In this document: piece after piece, positions 12,671 to 25,982 of the stretch
Layout: every line of letters starts with the position of its first letter
Numbering within the stretch: the first letter of the stretch is position 1
Source: Macrostomum lignano
Taxonomy: Eukaryota
Reading direction: 5' to 3'
Length of the DNA: 64,000 nt
NCBI GenBank assembly: GCA_002269645.1
Contig: NIVC01003103.1
Coordinates: forward strand, 1 to 64,000
Program-made: the position numbers and the translations under genes
The notes under the pieces: generated by a model
What the model was told of the DNA's origin: nothing
What the model saw: only the letters and a program-made list of their open reading frames with translations
Database searches by the model: none

Positions 12671-14395
12671 GTACTCTCTGCTGTTTCCCAATGTTTATTC
12701 AATACTGTGTACTCTGCTGTTTCCCAATGTTTATTCAATACTGTGTACTCTCTGCTGTTTCCCAATGTTTATTCAATACTGTGTACTCTCTGCTGTTTCC
12801 CAATGTTTATTCAATACTGTGTACTCTCTGCTAATTCCCAATGTTTATTCAATACTGTGTACTCTCTGCTGTTTCCCAATGTTTATTCAATACTGTGTAC
12901 TCTCTGCTGTTTCCTAATGTTTATTCAATACTGTGTACTCTGCTGTTTCCCAATGTTTATTCAATACTGTGTACTCTCTGCTGTTTCCCAATGTTTATTC
13001 AATACTGTGTACTCTGCTGTTTCCCAATGTTTATTCAATACTGTGTACTCTCTGCTATTTCCCTATGTTTATTCAATACTGTGTTTGCTCTGCTGTTTCC
13101 CAATGTTTATTCAATACTGTGTACTCTGCTGTTTCCCAATGTTTATTCAATACTGTGTACTCTCTGCTGTTTCCCAATGTTTATTCAATACTGTGTACTC
13201 TGCTGTTTCCCAATGTTTATTCAATACTGTGTACTCTCTGCTATTTCCCTATGTTTATTCAATACTGTGTTTGCTCTGCTGTTTCCCAATGTTTATTCAA
13301 TACTGTGTACTCTCTGCTGTTTCCCAATGCTTATTCAATACTGTGTACTCTCTGCTGTTTCCCAATGCTTATTCAATACTGTGTACTCTCTGCTGTTTCC
13401 CAATGTTTATTCAATACTGTGTTTGCTCTGCTACTTCCCAATGTTTATTCAATACTGTGTACTCTCTGCTACTTCCCAATGTTTATTCAATACTGTGTTT
13501 GCTCTGCTACTTCCCAATGTTTATTCAATACTGTGTAGGCTCTGCTATTTCCCAATGTTTATTCAATACTGTGTTTGCTCTGCTGTTTCCTAATGTTTAT
13601 TCAATACTGTGTTTGCTCTGCTGTTTCCTAATGTTTATTCAATACTGTGTTTGCTCTGCTAATTCCCAATGTTTATTCAATACTGTGTTTGCTCTGCTGT
13701 TTCCTAATGTTTATTCAATACTGTGTTTGCTCTGCTAATTCCCAATGTTTATTCAATACTGTGTTTGCTCTGCTGTTTCCTAATGTTTATTCAATACTGT
13801 GTAGGCTCTGCTATTTCCTAATGTTTATTCAATACTGTGTACTCTCTGCTATTTCCCTATGTTTATTCAATACTGTGTACTCTCTGCTATTTCCCTATGT
13901 TTATTCAATACTGTGTTTGCTCTGCTGTTTCCCAATGTTTATTCAATACTGTGTAGGCTCTGCTAATTCCCAATGTTTATTCAATACTGTGTTTGCTCTG
14001 CTATTTCCTAATGTTTATTCAATACTGTGTTTGCTCTGCTAATTCCCAATGTTTATTCAATACTGTGTAGGCTCTGCTAATTCCCAATGTTTATTCAATA
14101 CTGTGTTTGCTCTGCTATTTCCTAATGTTTATTCAATACTGTGTACTCTCTGCTATTTCCCTATGTTTATTCAATACTGTGTTTGCTCTGCTATTTCCTA
14201 ATGTTTATTCAATACTGTGTACTCTCTGCTATTTCCCTATGTTTATTCAATACTGTGTTTGCTCTGCTATTTCCTAATGTTTATTCAATACTGTGTACTC
14301 TCTGCTATTTCCCTATGTTTATTCAATACTGTGTTTGCTCTGCTAATTCCCAATGTTTATTCAATACTGTGTAGGCTCTGCTAATTCCCAATGTT
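12671..14395. repeat. 36/38-bp minisatellite (ctctctgctgtttcccaatgtttattcaatactgtgta), ~46 copies
   Basis: Direct periodicity. Begins about 100 nt after the IFIT-like stop codon. Confidence 0.95.
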
Positions 14396-14803
14396 AAAGT
14401 AGAGTGTACGCTGTACTATTATGCTCACTCGCCGCTAATATTAACTTTATTATATATCAGTTTTTTTCTGGTATTCAAACAGGGTTTTTGAGCCAATAGG
14501 TTGAAATGAGTCCGAAATTCACAACTTTGAACTGGACTCTATTCATGACAATTACCTTACGGATGTTGAGTATAAAACACAGAGTATCGCATTTGAATTT
14601 CGTAGATCGATTGATATTGATATATTGATAAAACATTGAGCCAAAAACCCTGCTTTGAACATTTCCATCTCGCTAGTGTCAGCGTCCTGATGAACCGCAA
14701 CTTCTAGTGGCCATTGCCTGGATAAGTCTAAATAATAATTGCAACGAGAAAACGGAGCATATCTTTATTGTAATTCGTCCTATTTACACGTATGTTTTTT
14801 TGA

Positions 14804-16555
14804 GTGTGAGCCTAAAACTCAATAACAGCAGCCTGTGTCTGAGTGTGAGCCTACTCAATAACACCAGCCTGTGTCTGAGTGTGAGCCTACTCAATAACAC
14901 CAGCCTGTGTCTCTGAGTGTGAGCCTACTCAATAACACCAGCCTGTGTCTCTGAGTGTGAGCCTACTCAATAACAGCAGCCTGTGTCTGAGTGTGAGCCT
15001 ACTCAATAACAGCAGCCTGTGTCTCTGAGTGTGAGCCTACTCAATAACAGCAGCCTGTGTCTGAGTGTGAGCCTACTCAATAACAGCAGCCTGTGTCTCT
15101 GAGTGTGAGCCTACTCAATAACAGCAGCCTGTGTCTGAGTGTGAGCCTACTCAATAACACCAGCCTGTGTCTCTGAGTGTGAGCCTACTCAATAACACCA
15201 GCCTGTGTCTGAGTGTGAGCCTACTCAATAACAGCAGCCTGTGTCTGAGTGTGAGCCTACTCAATAACAGCAGCCTGTGTCTGAGTGTGAGCCTACTCAA
15301 TAACAGCAGCCTGTGTCTCTGAGTGTGAGCCTACTCAATAACAGCAGCCTGTGTCTGAGTGTGAGCCTACTCAATAACACCAGCCTGTGTCTCTGAGTGT
15401 GAGCCTACTCAATAACAGCAGCCTGTGTCTGAGTGTGAGCCTACTCAATAACACCAGCCTGTGTCTCTGAGTGTGAGCCTACTCAATAACAGCAGCCTGT
15501 GTCTCTGAGTGTGAGCCTACTCAATAACACCAGCCTGTGTCTCTGAGTGTGAGCCTACTCAATAACAGCAGCCTGTGTCTGAGTGTGAGCCTACTCAATA
15601 ACAGCAGCCTGTGTCTGAGTGTGAGCCTACTCAATAACACCAGCCTGTGTCTGAGTGTGAGCCTACTCAATAACAGCAGCCTGTGTCTGAGTGTGAGCCT
15701 ACTCAATAACAGCAGCCTGTGTCTCTGAGTGTGAGCCTACTCAATAACAGCAGCCTGTGTCTGAGTGTGAGCCTACTCAATAACACCAGCCTGTGTCTCT
15801 GAGTGTGAGCCTACTCAATAACAGCAGCCTGTGTCTCTGAGTGATCCTACTCAATAACAGCAGCCTGTGTCTCTGAGTGTGAGCCTACTCAATAACAGCA
15901 GCCTGTGTCTCTGAGTGTGAGCCTACTCAATAACACCAGCCTGTGTCTCTGAGTGTGAGCCTACTCAATAACAGCAGCCTGTGTCTGAGTGTGAGCCTAC
16001 TCAATAACAGCAGCCTGTGTCTGAGTGTGAGCCTACTCAATAACAGCAGCCTGTGTCTCTGAGTGTGAGCCTACTCAATAACAGCAGCCTGTGTCTCTGA
16101 GTGATCCTACTCAATAACACCAGCCTGTGTCTCTGAGTGTGAGCCTACTCAATAACAGCAGCCTGTGTCTGAGTGTGAGCCTACTCAATAACAGCAGCCT
16201 GTGTCTCTGAGTGTGAGCCTACTCAATAACAGCAGCCTGTGTCTGAGTGTGAGCCTACTCAATAACAGCAGCCTGTGTCTCTGAGTGTGAGCCTACTCAA
16301 TAACAGCAGCCTGTGTCTGAGTGTGAGCCTACTCAATAACACCAGCCTGTGTCTCTGAGTGTGAGCCTACTCAATAACACCAGCCTGTGTCTGAGTGTGA
16401 GCCTACTCAATAACAGCAGCCTGTGTCTGAGTGATCCTACTCAATAACAGCAGCCTGTCTCTGAGTGATCCTACTCAATAACACCAGCCTGTGTCTCTGA
16501 GTGATCCTACTCAATAACACCAGCCAGTGTCTGAGTGTGAGCCTACTCAATAGCA
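14804..16555. repeat. 36/38-bp minisatellite (gagtgtgagcctactcaataacagcagcctgtgtct[ct]), ~47 copies
   Basis: Direct periodicity with a CT-dinucleotide length polymorphism. Confidence 0.95.
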
Positions 16556-17004
16556 GCAAAATAATGATTAAAACGAGGACTCAAGGCTACAAGCAGCCTC
16601 CAATTCGAATAGATAAAATTGAAGCACAGGCGTCAGTTTCAAACCGGTTTCATAGAAAATATAAGGTTATTTATCGGGGCAGCGAATCATTTACCGATCA
16701 ATGCAGCTTGCACAGTCAGACAGTAAAAGTACATAAAATAGAAGTACAGATATACATAATATTGACAACAGTGCACCGAGTGCAGAGCAGCCAATGGAGA
16801 ACCGGATTTGAGCTGTGAAAGACCCGCAGAGAAAGGGTGAAGGGGGCGGTTCAAGAGGGCGTGAATGGCGGCCGAAGACAGATTGAGAAATGACAGCAGA
16901 GAGTACACCAGTACACAGGGATGCGGGATGACATTTTACAGAATGAGAGCCTCTTGATTCAGCGGGGGTTCATCGCAGACTTTCAGCAGAGCGAAGTCGG
17001 CTTG

Positions 17005-20000
17005 TCACGGCAGACTGGCCGAGTTGGCCGCGGCCTGGCGCTGCCTGCTCTCGGCCTCGGCCAGCACGTAGTTCAGGCAGGAAGCGGCCTCAGCGTCCAG
17101 CGCCGCCAGAGCGTCGGGCGGGCAGACGGCCGGAACGGTGCGCGATACGGCCAGGAATTCGTCCAGCCGGAGCGCGTCCGCGGCGTCCAGCGGCCGCTCA
17201 AGGCGGGTGCTGAACGGCGGCCGGACCAAATCGTCCAAATTGTCCAGACCGTTCGGGTCCGCCGAGTCCTGCCCGTCATCGACTTGGTCGCCGACGCCAT
17301 TGCCAATGGCGTCGCCGAGTCCCGCGTCAGTTTGGTCGGCCTCGGCCGCGGACTGGTCCTCGAAGGCCTCGTCCTCGTCGCTGTCCAACTCGCGCTGCGG
17401 AGCGGCCACCGCCGCCGCTGCCACCCTGCTGGAGTCGCCCGCCTCCTCGGATTCGCCCTCGCCGTCGCTGCTGTCGCCGTCGCTGCAGTCGCCGTCGGCC
17501 TCCAGCCGGGCCTTGAGCCGGTAGGAGGCGCGCAGGCCGGAGAACAGGCGCAGCAGGGCGGGCAGCAGCGGCTTGGCGAGGTCGGGCCGCAGGCTCAGCA
17601 AGGAGCAGAAGGCCAGCACGCACAGCCGCCTGTCGTGCAGGCAGACCAGCCGACGATGCAGCCGCTCGTAGCTGGCGACGAGCTGCTCGGCGGGCAGCAG
17701 GCTGAGCGCCAGTTCAGGCCAGTGCAGCAGGCCGGCCAGGCAGACACGCAGGCAGGCGAGAGCCACGTCCTCACTGGCGATGGAAGCGGCGGCCGACTGG
17801 GCTGAGGCCGATGCGGCCTGCAGCTCCATGCGCTTTGCGGCCGCGGTCAGGGCGCGCTGGACCTGTGGGGGGGGCGGTCTCAGTTGACACCAAGGATTCC
17901 CCAGCGGGACATCAATGATTCCCAGTAAACATCAAGGTTTCCCCCAAGGAACATCATAGATTCCCCAAGGGACAGAAAGCATTACCCAAAGGATATCAAG
18001 GATTCCCCAAGGAACACTAAGGATTCCCCACGGGGTGATTCCTTCATATCTTTAAGTTTTATACCTTTGACAGCACAGCACGTCTTTCATATCTCTGAAA
18101 TTTCATATCTCCGACAAGCACAATCCTAACGGAGATATGAAACCCTTCCGCACACGGTCTCACAAGACACCAAGAATTCCACACACGGTCTCACAAGACA
18201 CCAAGAATTCCACACACGGTCTCACAAGACACCAAGAATTCCACACACGGTCTCACAAGACCAAGAATTCCCCACACGGTCTCACTAGACACCAAGAAGA
18301 ATTCCCCACACATTGCTTACAAATCCCTGGTCCAGCCGTCCCGGGAACTGCAGCAGCGCGGTCTCCAGCAGCCGGGCCGCTCCCTCTTGGGCCTCCTCAC
18401 AGGAGGTGTCTTCGCCCAAGATGCGCTCGCAGATGGCCAGCAGCTGGGCCGGCCGGCTCGCCTCGGCCAGGAGGTCGCCGCCGCTGCCGTCAGAGCTGGC
18501 CGTCACCAAGCAGTGCAGGGTGGCCACGAATTCTACAAACGTGTCAACAAAGTCGCCGTCGCGAGCGATGTAGGCGCCAATGATGGACAGCAGCTGCCAG
18601 ACGGTCGGCGACAAGGTGCGCCTCCGCACCAGCCGATGCGCCAGCGCCGCCGCCTGCTCGTGGAACTCCGCCAGGTTGGCATCGAAGATGAACTTGACGA
18701 TGTTGATCAGCAGCGGCTCCAGCTGGGACAGCAGCCGAGCATCCGAGCGGCGCACAGCGTCGGTCACGTCGGCCAGGGTGTCCAGCAGCCCCATGGCCAG
18801 CAGCATCCGGTCCTCCTCGACGGCATCGTCCAGGCCGGCGGTGTCCGCGTCCTCGCCGTGCAGACGGGTGAAGGCGTCTCCCAGCTGCTGCACGATGCTG
18901 GTGGCCAGCGGGCCGATGTGCTTGGCGTGGCGCAGGAACACCTTGCACAGCACAGTGTTGAGCTCCTCGCTGACTGTCCGGCGCATGGCGTCCAGCAGTT
19001 GGCCGATGATCGGCGCCGCGTGCGGCTGCAGCACGGCGTCGGCGCCGGGCTGATGGTCGATCAGCGCCTCCAGTGCCAGGGCGGCTTCCATCTGGGGACA
19101 GCGGGGGTGTCGGGGCCTCGATAGACAGCCAGCAAAGGCCAAAGAAATGAAACACACCCGACCCGCTCCAGTTTGTTCGCAGGAGGGGTTTGTACTCTGC
19201 CGGAGAGCTCAGAGCTGCCAACCAATCACAGCAAGGTGAGCTGGAGCTCAGAGCTGCCAGCCAATCACAGCAGGGTAAGCTGGAGCTGCCAGCTAATCAC
19301 AGCAGGGTGAGCTGGAGCTGCCAGCCAATCACAGCAGGGTAAGCTGGAGCTGCCAGCCAATCACAGCAGGGTAAGCTGGAGCTGCCAGCTAATCACAGCA
19401 GGGTGAGCTAGGAGCTGCCAGCTAATCACAGCAGGTGAGCTGGAGCTGCCAGCCAATCACAGCAGGGTGATAAAAAGCTTTTCAGTCAGCCTATGACTAG
19501 GCTTGCCACAGAGCAATTAATAAAATCGCATCTCTCCTAGAATGATGCATCGAATGCCAAAATCTCGAGCTGGAAATTTCTCACCTTGACCGGCAGCTCG
19601 GGCTCGTCAAGCAGCCTCAGCCGAACAGCATCGGCCATGCCGGACAGCGTGGCCGGCTCGAATGCAGCGCCCCGGGCCTCGGCGAACTGTCGCAGCAGGC
19701 AGCAGGCGCGGGCGCGCAGGAACGGGCGCGGAGAGGCGGCCATGGGCAGCGCCAGGCTGGTCATGAAGCTCTCAACCCCGGCTGCGTAGGCCGGCCGGCT
19801 CACCAGCAGGTCCGCCAGGCTGCCGAGGATGCGCAGCGCTCCGTCCCGCTGCCTGGCCGCGGCATCGTTAGAGTCGGCCTCGGCCGACGTTGCGTTGACG
19901 GCGTCGGTGCAGAAGGCGACGCACCAGTCGAGGACGTGGCGCCGCTTGGCGCAGGCTTCGTGCAGCAGCTCCTCGGCGGCGAGGTCCGCCCCAGCCGGCA

Positions 20001-21860
20001 CGTCCTCCCAGTCGCCCTCATGCCGGCGGACGCGCAGGTATTCGACCGGATCGGCGTCCCACAGCTCGGCGTCGTCGTCCGTGAAGCAGAGCAGGGGGAA
20101 GCAGACGGCCGCCAGCAGCTGCCGCATGTGCGGCTTCAACAGGCGCCACAGGTGCGCGTAGGCCAGGCCGGCGCGCAGGTAGTTGAGCAGCTGGTGCAGC
20201 AGGCGCTGGGGCACGAACTCGCGCCTGGCGAAGCGGTCCAGCCACTCCAGTGCCAGCTGCAGCACCGGGCCGGCGGCTGTGCGAACGTACCTGCCGGCCA
20301 GGTGGAAATTGTGGCATGATCAGTGCTGCTTGACAAAGCAGATCAGTTCAACAAAACCCAAATGCAGAATCAGGACTGGGGATTTCCGAATTCAGATTCG
20401 GGACTAGGGATTTCCGAATTCAGATTCGGAGCTAGGGATTTCCGAATTCAGATTCGGAGCTAGGGATTTCCGAATTCAGATTCGGGACTGGGGATTCCGA
20501 GCACAGACGGCAGCTCACCAGTCGCCAAAGCTGGGGTCCCGCTTGCAAAGCGTGTCCCTGGAGCCGAACCGCTCCAGCCAGTTCAGCAGCGACCTGGCCG
20601 CCCACTTGCGCGCCCGCCACCACGGGTGATCGTCCGACTGCGGACAGTCGGGCGGCGGAGCGGCCCGCAGCAGGGAGCCCAGCGCCTCCGTCCACTGCAT
20701 GACGAGGCCGCGGTCGGCCTCCAGCGCCGGCGGCAGGGAGGTGCAGGTGTAGGCGTGAAAGGCCTTGGCCGCCAGGCACTGCTGCTGGGCCAGCGGGAAG
20801 CCCCCAGCGACGGCCAGCAGCAGGCGGCGGTGCAGCAGCGGCAGCAGGGTGGCCATCGCCGACTCAAGCGGAACCCGACGGTCGGGCTTGGCGTACTGGA
20901 ACACCTTCAGCAGAGCGTGCAGAGCGGACAAGGCGCCGGGTACCTGCGGCGAAAGCAATCAGATACTGTCATGGCCATCCTCCCTCGTGCAGATCCTGTT
21001 AGAAACTTTTCCACTAGTAGAATAGCTCTAAGGGCTAATACTCATAAAAAGCCCTGCACTACCGAGGGGCATTACTGCCCAAGGATATGTACAGGCACAC
21101 ACTCACACAGGAGTGTACAGCGGCCCTTTATTTATCGTAAGGCATGTACACTTCACTGTGCCTTGGGGGTTGGCCTTCAAGGGCGTTAATTGCACGAGCA
21201 GACCCGAATGTGACTTGCACTTGGAATTGAGTCTGGGCCGCTAGCACGTAAAAGCGCCGCGTTGACCACTAGACTATGGGTATTTTCCCTGAATTGAAGT
21301 CACGACAGCCGGATAGAGGCTTCTGGGGCTGGAGTTTCTATGTAGAGGTAACTTGTCCATACAGGCTACGCTACCTAAAGACCCACTGACACGGTGAAAA
21401 TGAATATTGAATCTACCTGGTCCTCAATGTCGGCGGACAGAGCCGCGGCAAGCTGCGCCGGCAGTTCCTCCGACCAGCGGCCGGGAAAGTCGCTCTGGGC
21501 GGCCACCGTGACGCAGACTTTGAGCTGCTGCCGCAGCGGCTCGGGCGCCAGCAGCATGGCCTGCACCAGGCTGGCCCGGATTCGAGCCTTGTCCTGCTCG
21601 TGCAGGCTGAACTGCAGCGGCTCGCCCGGCTCCTCGGGCTGGGCTCGCTCGCGCCAGAACCTGTTGATGGTGTTCTTCAGGTACACAGCGCCGGCCTGGC
21701 GCACTGGGATGTCCACCTCCGGCCACATGACAATGTCCAGCAGCGTCGGACAGAAGGCGATGATCTTCTTCATGCTGTCCAGGTAGACCTCGGCCTCGCG
21801 CTGCTGCTTTGGATTGAGCGTTGCCTTCAGTGCGAGAACTATCTTGGCTGGTTCCACCAT
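17005..21860 (-). CDS. IPO7: Importin-7/8 family karyopherin-beta (5 exons, ~1067 aa)
   Basis: Exons 21860-21417, 20943-20519, 20290-19585, 19091-18321 and 17862-17005 total 3204 nt, in frame. Motifs include PVRQAGAVYLKN (IBN_N), DDHPWWRARKWAARSL, ELWDADPVEYLR, RDGAL...SPRPFLRARAC, LPVKMEAALAL, LHDRRLCVLAFCSLL and an acidic C-terminal loop. IPO7 versus IPO8 cannot be distinguished. Confidence 0.92.
18150..18305. repeat. 31-bp tandem repeat (~5 copies) in importin intron 4
   Basis: The unit cacacggtctcacaagacaccaagaattcca is repeated. Confidence 0.85.
19225..19470. repeat. 32-bp tandem repeat (~8 copies) in importin intron 3
   Basis: The unit gagctgccagccaatcacagcagggt(a/g)agctg is repeated. 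Confidence 0.9.
20378..20500. repeat. 28-bp tandem repeat (~4 copies) in importin intron 2
   Basis: The unit gggatttccgaattcagattcgg(ga/ag)cta is repeated. Confidence 0.85.
21030..21280 (-). mobile_element. Probable tRNA-Glu-derived SINE in importin intron 1
   Basis: The minus strand begins CCCATAGTCTAGTGGTCAACGCGGCGCTTTTACGTGCTAGCGGCCCAGACTCAATTCC. This resembles tRNA-Glu (A box, GCGCT.T.AC loop, GCGGCCC, decayed B box) and is followed by a non-tRNA body. The 3' boundary is approximate. Confidence 0.5.
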
Positions 21861-24569
21861 GGCTGCAGCTGAAATCTGACAAGGTGCCACCTGTACTCTC
21901 AAATCAATGGTCACGCATCTTTAAACAAAATCCATGCTAGAGGTTGGTTTTTCCTAGATCGGGATTCCAAATTTTTCTGGGATCCTAGGATTTGTTTCAC
22001 ATGCAAAAAATGCTAGCATAATTACATGCCAAGAACATACATTCGCAACAGTCGGCCGATCCGGCCGACCGATTTGGTGGCTAACCAAGGTAAGTCGCAA
22101 AAATGCCCATCCGAATAAATACCAAAGTAGTACTAAGTAGATGACGAGGCATTTTGCCTTAATACTTGTAAGACAGTCATAGTTACTCCTGTCATTTACC
22201 CAAAGTTGCGTTAATTTTGCTTTTGGACTTCTTTTACATGTAAGTCACATTTTTGTTAAAAATAAGTTGCATGGCCAACAGAATTTTGGAGGTTGTGCAA
22301 GTATAGCCAAAAATCAAGAGCCCACAACATAAGAGGCACTTTAATGCATATGTAGTACACTTATGATTTGAGCCTAACATTTGGGATTTGAAATATTTCT
22401 CTAGTATACACCCTTGTCAAGTATACACCTTAGTATACTTGTCACCCTAGGCCTAGCCAAGTAGAATGCAGGAGATTGCATATGTATGCTGCCATTACAA
22501 CTTATCAAACTTACTTAGGTAATTGGTACAATGCTAAATTGCACTAGTCTTTGGTTGGTTTTTGGCTTTGTGTGATAGATATTTCTATAATGTCAACCTC
22601 CTAGCAAGGCAACTTTGTTGGCGATAAGGCAAAAATTAACATAGGATAAATATAGTCAATAACTAGATCACTAGAACAATAGGTTGAATAGGTTTTATTG
22701 GGATATAAAATGAGCAAGTCCAAATAGAACCTGTTATAAGCCATCAAATATTGGTCCAAAGCTAAAATTAAGATAAACTGTTTTTAATTATAACTTAGTA
22801 TTTAATCAAAGATTATAATAAACTATATTAGATCTATATAATCAATTTTTGGCATAATCCATAGCAGTCAACAACAGTCTATAGCAAGTAAATATGAGTA
22901 TGACACAATTGGGCAATGATGCAAATAACTTTGGCTAATTAGTTTTTATTGATATTAAACCAACATTAAAATTTACATAGTGATAATGGGGTTGCTAACC
23001 AAGGGGTGATGGGTTGGGTGAGTCATCATGCAGAATCATGCTATTTGATTAATTTGTTGTGTTACAAATTCAACCAATTTGTAACACATAACAAATATGT
23101 TAGATATTGGTTGAATATTAAACATATATATATTGATCAAACTGCTATGAACTAACTTGTTTTAACTTATTGAGTCAATTTTTTAACTCAAAATAATTTA
23201 ATGTAGGAAACTAGGATTATGCCCAATTTCATTGATACTACTTTAGTTTTTACTTTATTTTTCTATAATCAAAGAGTTTTTTCTAATGGGGTATATCTAG
23301 TCTAGGCCTATGACTATTTTTGCATTTCAATTTTCATAATTCAATCATTTGTGTTAAAATACTATTGTAAATATAAATATTTTATTAGGCTTCTACTAAT
23401 TATTTAAAAAAAGAAGAAGAATAATCAAGTTAATCAATACTAACAATTTGAATACTAATCATATATTATTGTCTTCTATTCTTCTTCTGAACAAGAATAA
23501 ATAATATTAAGCTATCTAAACAAAAAATATATTACTTTCAGATAGCAAGCTGCAACTATTATAATTTTATTTGAACTTCTATTTTGGAATCTCTATTAAT
23601 TAATGCTAAAATGCTACATCTTAATGTGACGAACGACTTCTCCTACAAAGTACAAACAGACTACAGAGCGTTAATAATCGCCTGCAGCTTGACTGACGTA
23701 CACGATTCGATACTACATTCATTTTTTTGTTATTTTTTTTAAAAAGTAAATATAAAAGAATTTATTTTTTATATATTTTTTTAAACATTTTTTGCGTATT
23801 TATCATACCTTTTAAGAAAATAAAGGGCATGAATTCTTTATAATTTGTTTAACTTTAAAAAATTGCTAATGTCAATAAGAGATTTTTGACATAATGTTTT
23901 CACGATTTAAGTCACTAGTAGAATTCCTGTGAAGTAAAAAGGCAAAATATAAATTCATTTACTATCACTTTTGTGTAAGTTCTTTTTTTGTTCGTAATTT
24001 TTTTATAAAATATAAACAGTTTTTAGTCGCTAAAATTAAAAAAACACGTTCAATTAGTGGTATACGCCTGCTACTTTAGCATGCTATAACCATATTCTTC
24101 ATTTCTTCTTCGGCCTACTATATGACCAACTAAGTCACAATAATCGGTTGATTAGCCTAATCAATAATGAATCCGACACTCGTGTACATTAAAAGCTTCG
24201 TGAAGAATTAACTATAGTAGACTTTTTAACTAGAATTAACTAGAGATCATAATTCCTTAATTTTATTCAGCCAACGCTTCTATTCAAATTACTCGTATTA
24301 CTTAACATTGCGACAGAGAAACTCCAAACAAATTTAGATGCTCCAGTAGACTTGTGAAATTTTCAGTTTTTAGATTGATGTCTCTTTAGATTAAATTGAT
24401 AAATAGACCGAAAGACAAGAGAAAGATTTAGTGAACAGAAAATCAATTCCATCGGTCAAATGACTTATTACGAGTAATTAAGTTATTACCAATTTTGACA
24501 TTTCTTCTTCAGAAGTGTGACCGGTAGCGATCTCAACTCAACCTGAGAAGCTTCAGTCAACCAGGAAGC

Positions 24570-24845
24570 ATGTCAGCAGGAAACAGAGCAGCTAAGCCCA
24601 GGCACGACCCGCCGCACTCGATGGAGCCCTATGACCTGGGTGGCGGAGATGACCTCGGCGCTCTTAGTGAAGATCAGCAGCGCCAGCTGAACGAAGTGAA
24701 AATAAAAAAACGCCTTGCCAACGAGGCTTACCTGCGAGCCCATCCGGAGATTGACTGCCTCATCTCCGGCTTTCTACAGTGAGAACGAAATAAAAATACT
24801 GATTTCTAACGAGAATTCGCACATTATTACAATTCGAATTTCTGC

Positions 24846-24884
<39 letters not shown>

Positions 24885-24885
24885 G

Positions 24886-24928
<43 letters not shown>

Positions 24929-24929
24929 G

Positions 24930-24964
<35 letters not shown>

Positions 24965-24989
24965 GTGTCTGTCTGTCTGTCTGTCTGTG

Positions 24990-25040
<51 letters not shown>

Positions 25041-25061
25041 GTGTCTGTCTGTCTGTCTGTG

Positions 25062-25120
<59 letters not shown>

Positions 25121-25129
25121 GTGTCTGAC

Positions 25130-25172
<43 letters not shown>

Positions 25173-25775
25173 ATGTATTTACTACTTCCGATTCGTTAAT
25201 TTGTTGCGGTTCTTGTACGCAACCACTGCTGAGATTCGAACACAGTGCCACACCAGATGAATCGCATTCATATTCTCCCTTTACTACTCACAAATCCACA
25301 GGGAGGCTTTCATTCGAAAACCAGCCAACGTTCGCGAGTTCGCCGCAGGTAAGATTCGGTACTTTGTAACTTCGAACGCCAGAAAACCAGCGCACTCGCA
25401 CCCAGTTATCCTCGCCCGCACTCAGAGTACTTCACTCGCACCCAGTTATCCCCGCCCGCACTCAGAGTACTTCACCCGCACCCAGTTATCCCCGCCCGCA
25501 CTCAGAGTACTTCACCCGCACCCAGTTATCCCCGCCCGCACTCAGAGTACTTCACCCGCACCCAGTTATCCCCGCCCGCACTCAGAGTACTTCACCCGCA
25601 CCCAGTTATCCCCGCCCGCACTCAGAGTACTTCACCCGCACCCAGTTATCCCTGCCCGCACTCAGAGTACTTCACGGACAGCGCCCTGCCGGACCGGGTG
25701 GAGGCGGCCCTCGACCAGCGCAGGAAGGAGATGGACATGAACAACGTGCTGCGGCAGGTGCACCGGCCGGAATGA
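24570..25775 (+). CDS. RIIAD1: RIIa domain-containing protein 1 (3 exons, 121 aa)
   Basis: Exons 24570-24778, 25302-25348 and 25666-25775 total 366 nt. They give [67 protein letters not shown], matching the RIIAD1 pattern (DPGALS...IANEKYLRTHKEV...FAADYFTD). Confidence 0.9.
24843..25170. repeat. (CTGT)n microsatellite in RIIAD1 intron 1
   Basis: Read directly. Confidence 0.98.
25396..25675. repeat. 40-bp tandem repeat (7 copies) containing the RIIAD1 exon-3 splice acceptor
   Basis: Unit cccagttatccccgcccgcactcag|agtacttcacccgca. The ctcag motif occurs at 25421, 25461, 25501, 25541, 25581, 25621 and 25661. Confidence 0.95.
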
Positions 25776-25982
25776 CTTCGAGCCCCGCTGTGCCCGATTG
25801 GCACCCTGCCAACTGAGATTTTTCATTGCGATGCTTACTAAAACTTCATATAAAATTGTATCATTTGAAAATTTACAAGTTAAATAAAACACTTATTCTG
25901 CGAACGTTTACCAAAATAAGACCTGACCCTCGAGTTCAGCTAAATTTGCATCAAATTATTTTGCAGTTTTGAAATTACTGGA

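Noticed and set aside
12650-14374. Cys/Leu-rich ORFs
   Set aside because: Translations of the 36/38-bp array.
14680-14720. CTGATGA as a possible hammerhead ribozyme core
   Set aside because: No downstream GAAA or supporting stems.
16921-20319. Long + strand ORFs overlapping importin exons (and likewise over striatin)
   Set aside because: Shadow ORFs of GC-rich antisense coding sequence.
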